Positions 41,274 to 51,727 of a DNA stretch of 64,000 bases are shown here, piece by piece. Position numbers and translations under genes: made by a program. Numbering within the stretch: the stretch's first letter is position 1; the number at the start of each line of letters is the position of its first letter. Under the pieces are notes generated by a model, which ran no database searches, was not told where the DNA came from, and was given only the letters and a program-made list of their open reading frames with translations. Source of the DNA: Waterburya sp. (GTDB lineage Bacteria; Cyanobacteriota; Cyanobacteriia; Cyanobacteriales; Xenococcaceae); the NCBI GenBank assembly GCA_965217895.1, contig CBDCJV010000002.1, forward strand, positions 1,376,001 to 1,440,000, in the 5' to 3' direction.

Positions 41274-41645
41274 TATTTAAAATCGCCTCTTATCAACCAA
41301 ATAATTTACTGGGTAATTTTACTTGCATTTAACCCTAACAAATTTAACTTAATGGTTGAGCAGGTTTTAATTATATAGTCATTTAAAATAGAAACCATAC
41401 GAAAAGGGAAAACTTTTATAAGTATCTCAAACTCCTCTGACCTCTAAACAGCCAATCATGAAGAAATTAATTGAAATGACTATATCTACCTCTAGTAAGA
41501 TTTAATACCGCTGTTTAATTCGGTAGTATTTATAAGAGCTAGACGACTGGTCTACTAGCGGCTTTAGATATTCCCATCAGTTAGGCAATAAGCAGGCTAG
41601 GAAAACAGAGCAATTAATTTTAAATTAACAAAATAAAGAGCAATT

Positions 41646-42383
41646 ATGTCTGAGATCCAAAACAAAGTAGTTATCATCACAGGAGCAAGTAGTGGACTAG
41701 GGGAAGCTACTGCTCGTCGGCTAGCCAAAAATGGAGCTAAATTGATGCTAGCTGCCAGACGAGAAGACCGCCTTAAAGAGTTGGTAGCAGATATCGCCAA
41801 AGACGGTGGTACTGCCAAATATCAGGTAACAGACGTTAGCGATCGCTCTCAAGTAGAAGCTTTGGTCAAAGCAACCCAACAGGCTTATGAACGGATTGAC
41901 GTTTTAGTTAATAATGCAGGTTTGATGCCCCTATCACCTTTAGCTGCAACTAAGGTAGATGAGTGGGAAAAAATGGTAGATGTAAACATCAAAGGAGTAC
42001 TGTACGGCATTGCTGCGGTAATGCCGATCATGCAGCAGCAAAAATCTGGTCATATAATTAACCTCTCTTCTGTAGCAGGACACAAAGTATTTCCTGGAGG
42101 AACAGTCTACTGTGCTACTAAGTTTGCTGTTAAAGCGATCTCCGAAGGAATCCGACTAGAATCAAATGGTGAAGTTCGTTCAACCAATATTTCTCCTGGG
42201 GCGGTAGATACAGAGTTAACCAACACTATTTCCCACGATGAGACAGCAAAAAACGTCAATCAACTCTACGGAGTAGCTATTGATGCCGATGCGATCGCTC
42301 GTGCCATTGTCTATGCTATCGAACAACCAGGGGATGTAGATATTAACGAAATGATTATCCGTCCTACCAAGCAAGAACTATAG
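41646..42383 (+). CDS. Short-chain dehydrogenase/reductase
   Basis: TGASSGLG, NNAG and YCATK. Confidence 0.93.
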   Translation: MSEIQNKVVIITGASSGLGEATARRLAKNGAKLMLAARREDRLKELVADIAKDGGTAKYQVTDVSDRSQVEALVKATQQAYERIDVLVNNAGLMPLSPLAATKVDEWEKMVDVNIKGVLYGIAAVMPIMQQQKSGHIINLSSVAGHKVFPGGTVYCATKFAVKAISEGIRLESNGEVRSTNISPGAVDTELTNTISHDETAKNVNQLYGVAIDADAIARAIVYAIEQPGDVDINEMIIRPTKQEL

Positions 42384-42659
42384 AAACAAGTTATCGCAAT
42401 ACGTTAATCGGTTAAAAAAAATTTAATTGCTCGTAAGTAACCAAGGGGTATCCTCCGCAGGGAGTAACAAGTAATAAGTAACTGATATTACGCAGCATGG
42501 GGTCATGGAGTAGTGAGTAAGGAGTATAGAAGATAGGGTCGATCTTTGGAGTGGTGGAGTGATGGAGATAGAAGAGTAGGATGCAACTTCTCTAGAATAA
42601 GCAGCGTCTGAGAAATTGTTAATATCAAAGTTATTCAGATTTAGCTTATATTTCTATTT

Positions 42660-43082
42660 ATGTTTCCTATTTTGTTTCTGCGTAGTCGATGGCGAAGATT
42701 GATTAGCGCGACGTTATTTACCGTTATAGCTTTTACCTTTATCCCTTCATCATTACAGGCGCAATCTCCTAAGCCAGGAGCAATTACCCTCAAGTCAGAT
42801 GTTCAAGAATCTGATTCCCAAACGGGTATCATTACTGCTAGAGGTAATGTTCAAATTGATTATCCAGCCCGCCAAATTCAGGCTACTGCTGCTCAGGCAC
42901 AATATTTTAGTCGTGAACGTCGCTTGATTTTGACGGGAAATGTTTATGTGATTCAAGATGGGAACAGTATGCGAGCCGAAAGCATGACCTATTTAATCGA
43001 TGAAGGTCGCTTTGTTGCTACCCCCAAAAGCGATCGCCAAGTAGAATCAACCTATATTATTACCAACCCCAGTGATAATTGA
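42660..43082 (+). CDS. lptA: LptA/OstA-family LPS transport protein
   Basis: ITARGNVQI and LILTGNVYVIQ; upstream of lptB. Confidence 0.8.
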   Translation: MFPILFLRSRWRRLISATLFTVIAFTFIPSSLQAQSPKPGAITLKSDVQESDSQTGIITARGNVQIDYPARQIQATAAQAQYFSRERRLILTGNVYVIQDGNSMRAESMTYLIDEGRFVATPKSDRQVESTYIITNPSDN

Positions 43083-43101
43083 TAATTGATAATTGATAAT
43101 T
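43074..43101. repeat. (GATAATT)4 tandem repeat spanning the lptA stop codon
   Basis: Four exact copies. Confidence 0.9.
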
Positions 43102-43110
43102 GAAAAGCCT

Positions 43111-43839
43111 GTGGCACTAATTTTAGAGAATATCCATAAATCTTATGGCAAAAGATATATAGTTAACCGCGTCAATCTTCGGGTGTCCCCAGGAGAAGTT
43201 GTCGGACTACTTGGCCCTAACGGTGCAGGAAAAACTACCACTTTTTACATAGCTACAGGCTTAGTCAAGCCCGACGAGGGAACAGTCAAGTTAAATGAGC
43301 GTAATATAACCACTTTGGCACTCCACAAACGGGCGCGTTTGGGTATAGGATATCTAACTCAACAGGCAAGTATTTTCCGCAATCTCAGCGTTCGGGATAA
43401 TATTTTACTGGTTTTAGAACAAACAGGAATTCCTCGTCCCGCTCGCCCGATTCGTTTAGCACAATTAATGAGAGAGTTTCGCTTAGAAAGAGTAGCCAAT
43501 ACTTTAGGATCTCTGGTTTCGGGTGGAGAGAGAAGACGGACAGAATTAGCCAGAGCTTTAGCAGCAGGGTTAGACGGTCCTAAATATTTGTTATTAGATG
43601 AACCTTTTGCCGGAATCGATCCGATTGCGGTGGCGGAGATACAGGACATTATTGCTCAATTGCGCGATCGCCAAATTGGTATCTTAATTACCGACCATAA
43701 TTTTCGGGAAACTTTAGCCATCACTGACCGCGCCTATGTAATGCGAGATGGTCAAATTTTAGCCTCTGGTGCAGCAGAAGAACTGTATAACAATCCCTTA
43801 GTCAAACAATATTATCTGGGAGATAAGTTTCAAAAATAG
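43111..43839 (+). CDS. lptB: LPS export ABC ATPase (start probably GTG 43111)
   Basis: GPNGAGKTTTF, SGGERRR, LLDEPFAGIDP and ITDHN. Confidence 0.93.
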   Translation: MALILENIHKSYGKRYIVNRVNLRVSPGEVVGLLGPNGAGKTTTFYIATGLVKPDEGTVKLNERNITTLALHKRARLGIGYLTQQASIFRNLSVRDNILLVLEQTGIPRPARPIRLAQLMREFRLERVANTLGSLVSGGERRRTELARALAAGLDGPKYLLLDEPFAGIDPIAVAEIQDIIAQLRDRQIGILITDHNFRETLAITDRAYVMRDGQILASGAAEELYNNPLVKQYYLGDKFQK

Positions 43840-43884
43840 ACCTAATACTAATACTAAATCCGATTTGAACAGAACATTTTAAGT

Positions 43885-43928
43885 AACAGTTAGGACAGTT
43901 AAGCAGTTAGAACAGTTAGAGCAGTTGA
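43885..43928. repeat. Degenerate 9-mer tandem repeat (core CAGTT)
   Basis: aacagtta-ggacagtta-agcagtta-gaacagtta-gagcagttg. Confidence 0.7.
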
Positions 43929-44237
43929 AAAGCCTAATTTACCGTTGATTATCTTCAACTCAGGAAGGGCTTCGATAGCTGTTTTTCGTTAATAATTAAA
44001 TTTTGTCCGAACTATTATTAAGGTGATTTAATTTATCTAATCTGAGTTCGGTTTTAGACTCAGGAACGGTCACATCTATCATCTATACTTTACTTTGTTA
44101 AAATAAGGTATTCTGTAGCTCTAATTAAAGAATTTTTTCTCGTTCTTCATTCAGCAACTCTTTTTATCCTAATATTTTGTCCAATAAAAACAGAAGTTTT
44201 CCATGAGTTGACAAAAGACGCATTTTTGGATCTGAAA

Positions 44238-44392
44238 TTGACTGCTCACCGCCCTAAAAGGAATCGGTGATTCTAGTTCTTAGTAATTAGTTGTTAGTAG
44301 TCAATTTGCTACTAAAGACTAGCCAAGGGGTACTCCCCGCAGGGACTCAATCGTGCTAAAGCACGGGGTTTTAAACCCATCTATTAAATGAT
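44238..44392 (-). mobile_element. Non-autonomous IS200/IS605-like remnant (two end hairpins, no genes)
   Basis: Minus strand: GGGTTTAAAACCCCGTGCTTTAGCACG hairpin at one end; AGAATCACCG...TTTAGGGCGGTGAGCAGTCAA at the other. Confidence 0.55.
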
Positions 44393-44513
44393 AAAAGTGA
44401 TTGATCGCGACCGCGTGAATATGCTACTTGCATCCTCAAAAAGTCGCTTAAATGCGAGAGTGTGCCTTTCTGTCGGTGAAACAGCCCACTAAAATCCATA
44501 GTTTAAACTTTTT

Positions 44514-44981
44514 ATGCCCTTGTCAAACATGAGGAAAGCTAAACAATCATTAACTATTGGTTGGCGAGAAATTCTATCGTTGCCAGCGTTGAATGTTGCT
44601 CGCGTCAAAGCCAAAATTGATACAGGAGCGCGCACTTCTGCTCTGCACGCTTTTAATTGCCAGGAATTTAAACTAGAAGATAAGTCAATGATTCGCTTTG
44701 AGATTCATCCTGTGCAGCGTAATAATAAAAAAACTATACTGGCTGAGGCGCAATTATTAGAATATCGCCAAGTACGCAGTTCGGGAGGTCACGCGCAAAC
44801 TAGACCCGTCATTCTTACGGATGTCAGACTAGGTGAACAACAATGGCAAATAGAGCTAACTTTAACCAACCGTGACGTGATGGGATTTCGGATGCTGCTA
44901 GGTAGACAAGCTGTACGCGATCGCTTTTTAGTCAATCCTGGTAAATCCTATTTACAAAGTGACAACCACGAACATTCATAA
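44514..44981 (+). CDS. RimK-associated putative protease (retropepsin-like)
   Basis: IGWRE, AKIDTGARTSALHA and MLLGR; upstream of rimK. Confidence 0.88.
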   Translation: MPLSNMRKAKQSLTIGWREILSLPALNVARVKAKIDTGARTSALHAFNCQEFKLEDKSMIRFEIHPVQRNNKKTILAEAQLLEYRQVRSSGGHAQTRPVILTDVRLGEQQWQIELTLTNRDVMGFRMLLGRQAVRDRFLVNPGKSYLQSDNHEHS

Positions 44982-45001
44982 TTTAATAAAAAAACAAGCA
45001 A

Positions 45002-45907
45002 ATGAAAATTGCTATTTTGTCTCAAGATGGTTCTTTATACTCCACTAGAAGATTAAGAGAGGCTGGCGAAGAACAAGGACACCAAATGCGGATCATTCCC
45101 TATTTGCGTTGCTATATGAATATTACATCTAGTCGTCCTAGCATTATTTTTAACGGCAATCCTTTAGAAAATTTTGATGCCATCATTCCTCGTATTGGTG
45201 CATCAAGAACCTTTTACGGTACTGCTGTAGTCAGACAATTTGAAGTTATGGGAGTCTTTAGCTGCAACGAATCCCAGGCAATCTCCCGCAGTCGTGACAA
45301 GCTGCGCTGTTTGCAAATTCTTGCCAGGGAAGGGATTGGACTACCTATAACTGGTTTTGCCCATGCAACCCAAGACATTGATGGTCTGATCGAAACAGTA
45401 GGAGGCGCACCATTAGTAATCAAACTTTTGGAAGGAACTCAAGGAATTGGGGTAGTCTTAGCCGAAACCTATCAGGCTGCTAAGTCTGTGATTGAAGCTT
45501 TTAGAGGCTTAGATGCCAATATTTTAGTCCAAGAATATATTAAAGAAGCGGGAGGGGCGGATCTACGTTGCTTTGTAATTGGTGGCAAAGTGATTGCAGC
45601 TATGAAACGTCAGGGGGTAAAAGGCGAATTTCGCTCTAATCTCCACCGAGGCGGAAAAGCAGAAAAGATACAGCTTTCTAAAGAGGAGGAAACAACGGCA
45701 CTTAGGGCAGCTAAAGCCATGGGTTTAAATGTCGCTGGGGTTGACTTACTCCGCTCAAATCATGGACCTGTACTGATGGAGGTAAATTCTTCTCCTGGTT
45801 TAGAAGGAATTGAAAAGGCTACAGGTATAGATGTGGCGGGGGAAGTGATTAAATACATTGTGCAAAATGCAGCTAATGCAGACACCAAAGATAATATTAA
45901 ATACTAA
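45002..45907 (+). CDS. rimK: Ribosomal protein S6 L-glutamate ligase
   Basis: [23 protein letters not shown] and [12 protein letters not shown]. Confidence 0.96.
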   Translation: MKIAILSQDGSLYSTRRLREAGEEQGHQMRIIPYLRCYMNITSSRPSIIFNGNPLENFDAIIPRIGASRTFYGTAVVRQFEVMGVFSCNESQAISRSRDKLRCLQILAREGIGLPITGFAHATQDIDGLIETVGGAPLVIKLLEGTQGIGVVLAETYQAAKSVIEAFRGLDANILVQEYIKEAGGADLRCFVIGGKVIAAMKRQGVKGEFRSNLHRGGKAEKIQLSKEEETTALRAAKAMGLNVAGVDLLRSNHGPVLMEVNSSPGLEGIEKATGIDVAGEVIKYIVQNAANADTKDNIKY

Positions 45908-45913
45908 TAGTGT

Positions 45914-46279
45914 TTAAGTTAAATCAAAGCAGCTAAGGGCAGCAACTATTTTAGGGGCTGTACCTTCTGTCCAGTTTCCCTCGCAACGGCGATCGCCATG
46001 AAGAATTATTCTCAAGGTATAACTGTGGGGATATCCTTCTACTTCTAGCCACAGGCGATCGCTTTGCGCTTCGCAACTAATTCTTTCTTCGTCCATCAAC
46101 TCAGCTTCCATTTCTCTCATGGTATTAACTAGCTGAGTTAATAAACTATAAAAATCATTTAATTCGGCTTTAGTAAGCTCAATTGCCCAACTGTCTGCAC
46201 CTAATAAACCTTGATATTTTGAACCATGAGGATGCCAGCCAACACGCCAACCATCCCCTCTTTTCATAAAGCGTGACAA
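45914..46279 (-). CDS. DUF1818-like cyanobacterial protein
   Basis: GDGWRVGW, WAIELT, ELMDEE and RRCEGNW; downstream of rpoZ. Confidence 0.75.
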   Translation of the reverse strand: MSRFMKRGDGWRVGWHPHGSKYQGLLGADSWAIELTKAELNDFYSLLTQLVNTMREMEAELMDEERISCEAQSDRLWLEVEGYPHSYTLRIILHGDRRCEGNWTEGTAPKIVAALSCFDLT

Positions 46280-46332
46280 TGTTTTTTGCTTTTAGTTTAA
46301 TCTGAACCAGAAATTGAGAACTAGCAATTTAC

Positions 46333-46572
46333 TTAGTCACCAATAATTTCTGGCTGAGTTAATTCGTCTGACATTTCGATAATGGCGCGAATTACAGGTT
46401 TCATAGTTGGATCGTCAAAATTTTCAAGTTCTTCATAACGACGGCGTTTAGCGCGATTTGCTACCTGGACAGTGATACGGTAGCGATTAGAAGCAGCACT
46501 AACTAGTTCTTCAGAACGATACATGATTTGAGAGGAGTTAAAAGAACTTTTTCTTTGCATTGATATAGACAT
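46333..46572 (-). CDS. rpoZ: RNA polymerase omega subunit (start may be ATG 46560)
   Basis: [19 protein letters not shown] and [20 protein letters not shown]. Confidence 0.93.
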   Translation of the reverse strand: MSISMQRKSSFNSSQIMYRSEELVSAASNRYRITVQVANRAKRRRYEELENFDDPTMKPVIRAIIEMSDELTQPEIIGD

Positions 46573-46645
46573 CCTTTGTATGAATATTTGTATTCTAACA
46601 AAGGATGATCTTTAATATTTTTGGTGGTCCTAAAAAGGTCTAATC

Positions 46646-47630
46646 TCAGATCAGATCGCTAGATTCGATTGGATTGAATCCTGGTTCTACATTTTCTAAT
46701 ATCGCTAATTCAGTTTCGCCTAGATTTAACGTATTATCATTAGTGTTAAAGTTCAATGATTCGAGAGAAGATATACCCAACTCAACACTTGAAAGTTGAA
46801 TCCTATCACCTTCTGCGGAATTAAAGTCAGTAATGTTGTCTATACCACCAAAACGACAGCAAAAATATCAGCACCACCATTGCCAGTTAGAGTGTTGTTA
46901 CCGTCTCTACCAGTCAAGATGTCATTGTTGTTTCCACCAGTCAGACTATCGTCTCCAGCACCGCCATCAGTCACCATGGCAACGTTGCCCAAACTAGCAT
47001 CGAGAAGATCGTTACCGTCTTCACCATTAAAGACAATTTGTTGAACGTCAGTACCAGTTAAATTTTGAACCGTGAGGATGTCGTCACCGCCAGAACTATT
47101 GACTTCAAACCGCTCAACGTTATCTTCGTTTAAAACAAAGTTACCTAAATTGAGTCTTTCAAACTCAACGCGATCGCCGTTGGCTCTTAACTCAAAGTTA
47201 TATCAAGTTCGGATAATTGCTTTAATACAATATGTATCCATGAAATAATTAAAACTGGGTCTAAAAAACTTGCTATCTGCACACGCTGGAGCGTGTCGCC
47301 ATCGCGAAGCGATGTCGGCGTTCTCCAGAACGCGCTACTTGCTACTTGCTACTTTACCTACCTAAATTTAACTCTTCATCCGAACCTAATCTTATCTCCA
47401 TCTTCTAAAGCACCGTTGACTTGGCTAACGTCATTGCCAGCATCACCTTCGATGATGTCGCTCCCGTCACCATTAGCCCAAATAAAGCGATCGTCTCCTT
47501 CACCGCCAGTTAGAATATCATTACCCTTATTGCCGACAACGGTATCGTTACCTGCACCACCACTAAGGGTGTCATTTTCATCAGTCCCACCAATTACATT
47601 ATTAGTATTATCGTCTATTTGATCGTTCAT
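46646..47630 (-). pseudogene. RTX/hemolysin-type calcium-binding protein, split by an insertion and a frameshift
   Basis: GGxGxD repeats on both sides of a 190-bp insert; a second break near 46853 shifts into IDNITDFNSAEGDRIQL...; stop at 46646. Confidence 0.85.
47202..47391. mobile_element. 190-bp MITE inserted in the RTX gene
   Basis: Imperfect ends ATCAAGTTCGGAT / ATCCGAACCTAAT; TTAT duplicated at 47198-47201 and 47392-47395. Confidence 0.8.
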
Positions 47631-48029
47631 AAAAAAGTTATCTCCGAATTATTTTTACAAGTTTATGTATTTGAAAAAACGCAGATATTCAACCAAACTA
47701 TTTAGCATAAATAGCTACAGGTAAAGATATAAAAGCATTAGAAAGCAAAGAGAATTGATGATTTTCTTTAAATCCGCTATTGCTCATAAACCAGTACTTT
47801 CTTTTATAATCTAAACTTCAGAGTTAAGCTTGTCATAACTTCTATGTCTGTAGTGTTAAAAACTATATGTTAGATATTAAAGGAAATCTAAGATAGCAAC
47901 ATCCAACAAAAGTCTCGAATTATCTAAACTAAAGAAATAGAAACTCTCTAACTTTCGCTTACTTCTCAAGTACCTTTGCCTAAGACAAAAGTCTTTACTT
48001 TCAATCCGTACCCCTACCTTTCTACCTTT

Positions 48030-51000
48030 ATGTCTAACTTAACCCCAGAACAACAAGCAGCAGCTTATGCACCCTGTAGCGTGGTAATTACTGCGGGGGC
48101 GGGTACGGGAAAGGTACATATGTTGGCAGAGCGATATCTTTATTATCTGCGGTCGAGAAACTTATCACCTTTGGAGATAGTTGCAGTCACCTTTACCGAG
48201 AAGGCTGCGACAGAATTGCGATCGCGCATCCGAACCCTAGTCAGTCAACAATTACCTCAACGTTTAGATTTATTAGCCGAATTAGAAGCTGCTCAAATAA
48301 GTACTATTCATGCTCTTTCAGCCCGTGTCTGTCAAGAACACTTTCAGGTAATTAATATCCCAGCAGATTTTCAGGTACTAAATGATTTAGAAGGACAGGT
48401 CTGGTCAAAAGATGCTTTACAAAATGCTTTAACTCAATTACCTCCAGAGATTTTTCAAGCAATTCCCTACTCTTTGTTGCAGGATGTATTAAATAAACTT
48501 TTAGACGATCCTTACACGGCTGATAAGGCTTTGAGACAGGGTATCCAAGATTGGTCACAGCTAATTGTAGATGCTCGAACTAAAGCTGTAAAAATAATTG
48601 TTGGCGATCGCTCATGGCAAGAAACTCAAACTGCGCTAAAACAGCATCGGGGAAAAGAAGGGGACAAGCTAGAGGTAATTCGTCAGTCTGTTATCGAAGC
48701 GATGGAAAATCTCGAAGAAAAAGAAAATATTAATGCTGCCATTGAAACTATTGACAAAGTTAATCTAAGAGTCGGCAGTCAAAAGAATTGGCAGGGTGAT
48801 GATCTAAAGACAGTTAAAGAAGCATTAAGAATTCTTCGAGAGTGTGTTAAAAAAGTCATTAATCAAGGTTTACTAAATTTAGCCTTAAGCAATGCTGATG
48901 AACAATTGAAGCTAATGCTTCCTGCTTTGAGCGAAGCCTATCAAGAAGTTACAAGTTATTTAAGTCGCCTTAAGCTGCAAAAGAAAGTACTTACCTTTAG
49001 CGATCTAGAAATATATGCGTTACGAGCTTTAGAGCATATTCAGGTACAGGACTATTATCACCAACGTTGGCAGGTATTCCTAGTAGATGAGTTTCAGGAT
49101 ACAAACCCGACTCAGGCAGAGTTACTTACTACCCTAACAGCAGAAGCTAAGTTAACTATAGTCGGAGATATCAAACAGTCAATTTATGGCTTTCGACGGG
49201 CAGATATTGGCGTTTTTCAACAGTTTCGCGATCGCATTTTAGCCAACAATGGTAAGGAAATTATTCTCAGCACTAGCTTTCGCACTCATCAAGCTTTGAT
49301 TAACAGTTTTAATCAAATTTTTGCGCTTTTACTGGCAGAAAATCATCAGGATTTAAATGCCTATCGTCAGGAAACTCCGATTCAAAGTGAAGGAGAAAAC
49401 TATAACTATCTGCAAGTATTGACTATTGGCGATCCATTCTTGAAGCAGTCGCTCATGGGGGAAACCCCCAAGACCGCGCTGCTTCGCTTCTATCAGGAGG
49501 GAGAAGAAAAACCACCCAAGCTGAATAAGTCTCAACGTCAGCGAGTCGAGGCATATTGTTTGGCAGAAAGAATCAAGCAGATGCTAGACAATAAAACTCC
49601 CGTCTTTGATAAGCAAACTAGACAGACTCGCCCTATTCAACCAAAAGATATTGCTATTCTGACTCGTACTTGGCAACCTCTAGAAATTTATAGTGAAGCT
49701 CTATCTTCTATGGGGATTGCCGTTGCCCCAGCAGGAGGAGGAAATTTATTAGCTACTAGAGAAGCCAAAGACGCTAGCGCAATATCATCCTTTGGGTTAG
49801 CCAAAGGATGATATTGCTTTGGTGGCAGTGTTGCGAAGTCCCTTTTTTCCTACGAGCGATCGCCTTTTATTTCAAATCCGCAATTCGTTTACAAGAGCCG
49901 ATCTCGACAGTTTTTGGTGGGATGAATTACCAGCATTTGAGCATTCTGAATTAGAACATCCTGTAAAAATATTGCAGCAGTTATTAAAGTGTCGTCAGTC
50001 GGAAACACCGTCTCGTATTTTGCAGATATGCGATCGCCTAACGGGATACACGGCAGTAATTGCTAACCTTGCTGGAGGTCAACGCAGACTAGCAGACTGG
50101 CAGGGTTTTCAGCAGCTAGTTAAAGATTTAGAACAGGGTACTTACGATTTATTTGGGGTAGTACGTCGCCTTAAACGTTTATACGATCGAGAAGTGGCAG
50201 TATCTCGTCCAGTACTTGCAGCAACAAATGCTGTTTCTTTGATGACTATTTTTGCCTCCAAGGGTTTAGAGTGGTCTTTGGTTATAGTTGCTGACTTGAG
50301 TAAAGAACGTCCTAAGTTTTCGCCCAATGTTTATTTTGATGCTCAATTGGGAGTAGCGGTTAAAAGTAAGGATGCTCAAGGAGAGATGCAAAAACCAGTG
50401 CTGTATAGCTGGCTAGCATATCTACAAGAACAAAAAGATAGAGAAGAAGCAGTTAGAGTATTATACGTGGCACTAACTAGAGCCAGAGATTATTTGATTC
50501 TTAGTGCTGCCGAACCCTATAAAGGAGAATTAAATCGCCTTCAGCCTGGCTTAACGGCTGCGTCTATTTCCACTCTCACCATTCCCTATACCGATGGTAA
50601 AGCTTTACCTCCTTTGCCTCAAACCCCGCCTATTGCCAAACATTTGCCATCTTTATTGCTCAATTCTGTTGGTTCAGGATTATCAGAACTGACTGTGACG
50701 GCATTAACTGACTATGCAAGATGTCCTCAACGGTTTAAGCTTCGTCTCATTGATGGACATCCAGGTTTAGGAGAAGGACTGGCTTACGGAATGCAAATCG
50801 GTACTTTGGTTCACAAAGCCTTAGAGAATAATATTACCCAGGCTCAAGCTTTATTACCCTTTGCCGAGGGAGATTGGTCACAAGATGTATTTGAGCAGGC
50901 GATCGCCCTAGCGCAAAGATTCTTTCAATTGCCTATATATCAGCACTTTCGTCATACCGCAGTTGCCAAGGAACAGCAAATTAGTTTGCAGCTAGGAAAG

Positions 51001-51318
51001 CTAACCTTTAACGGTGTAGTCGATCTCGTAGGTGATAACTGGGTACTAGACTACAAAAGCGATCGCGCTATGCACCCAGCCGATCATCGTTTTCAACTTT
51101 GGGTCTATGCCCAAGCCCTAAAACACCCTAACGCACATATAGTCTATCTACGTCACGATCGTATCCATAGCTTTACTAAAGATGATCTGGCGGCGATCGC
51201 CCCACAGGCAAACAATTTGGCACAACAAATTTATCAGGGGAACTATACCGCTACTCCGACTTTAGAAAAATGCGCTTTCTGTCCTTATCTCGCCTTCTGC
51301 GACGATGCCATGATCTAG
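48030..51318 (+). pseudogene. AddA/UvrD-type helicase with C-terminal PD-(D/E)XK Fe-S nuclease, frameshifted at about 49795
   Basis: AGAGTGK, VTFTEKAA, VDEFQDT and VGDIKQSIYGFR in ORF 47976-49811; TIFASKGLE, LYVALTRA, GVVDL..DYKS and CP...CAFCPYLAFC in ORF 49819-51318. Confidence 0.85.
49435..49485. repeat. 51-nt hairpin repeat inserted in frame
   Basis: GAAGCAG...GGGGGAAACCCCC...CTGCTTC lies between GCGATC and GC. Confidence 0.75.
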
Positions 51319-51333
51319 TAGGGGCGATTCGCT

Positions 51334-51546
51334 CTAGGCTTCGTCGTATGCTTCTATATCCAATAGATGAACATAGGGTTCAGCTAATTCTTCTCTCTGA
51401 AAGGCGATCGCCCGAAGTAAATGCCAATCTTCTAAAGCCGCAAAAGGAGTATCATATTCATCTTGCTCTAAACGGCTAGCAATGGTCGCCACATCTTCTT
51501 CGGTCATTTTAACGATGTTTTGCTTGATCAACCTTAAAGTAGTCAT
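51334..51546 (-). CDS. DUF2555-like small cyanobacterial protein
   Basis: RLEQDEY...LEDWHLLRAIAFQR...PYVHLLDIEAYDE. Confidence 0.8.
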   Translation of the reverse strand: MTTLRLIKQNIVKMTEEDVATIASRLEQDEYDTPFAALEDWHLLRAIAFQREELAEPYVHLLDIEAYDEA

Positions 51547-51727
51547 TAGCTATACTTCCTAATTAAAGTTAAAAACCTGAGTCGCTTTAATAAGAAAATT
51601 CTAACCTAATTCGCTCCTACTTTATTATTGATGAAATAAATATTCTCATCCCAATTTCGGCGCGATACAACATTGAGTTCAGGTTTGCTATTAGTGAGTT
51701 ATTCTGGTATTTTTCTTACTGGATCTT

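Noticed and set aside
46796..47622. Plus-strand ORFs 46796-47044 and 47293-47622
   Set aside because: They are Ser/Pro-rich antisense shadows of the RTX repeats on the minus strand.
50680..51318. Cas4 call for the four-cysteine nuclease
   Set aside because: It is the C-terminal domain of the helicase, with no cas1/cas2 or array nearby.
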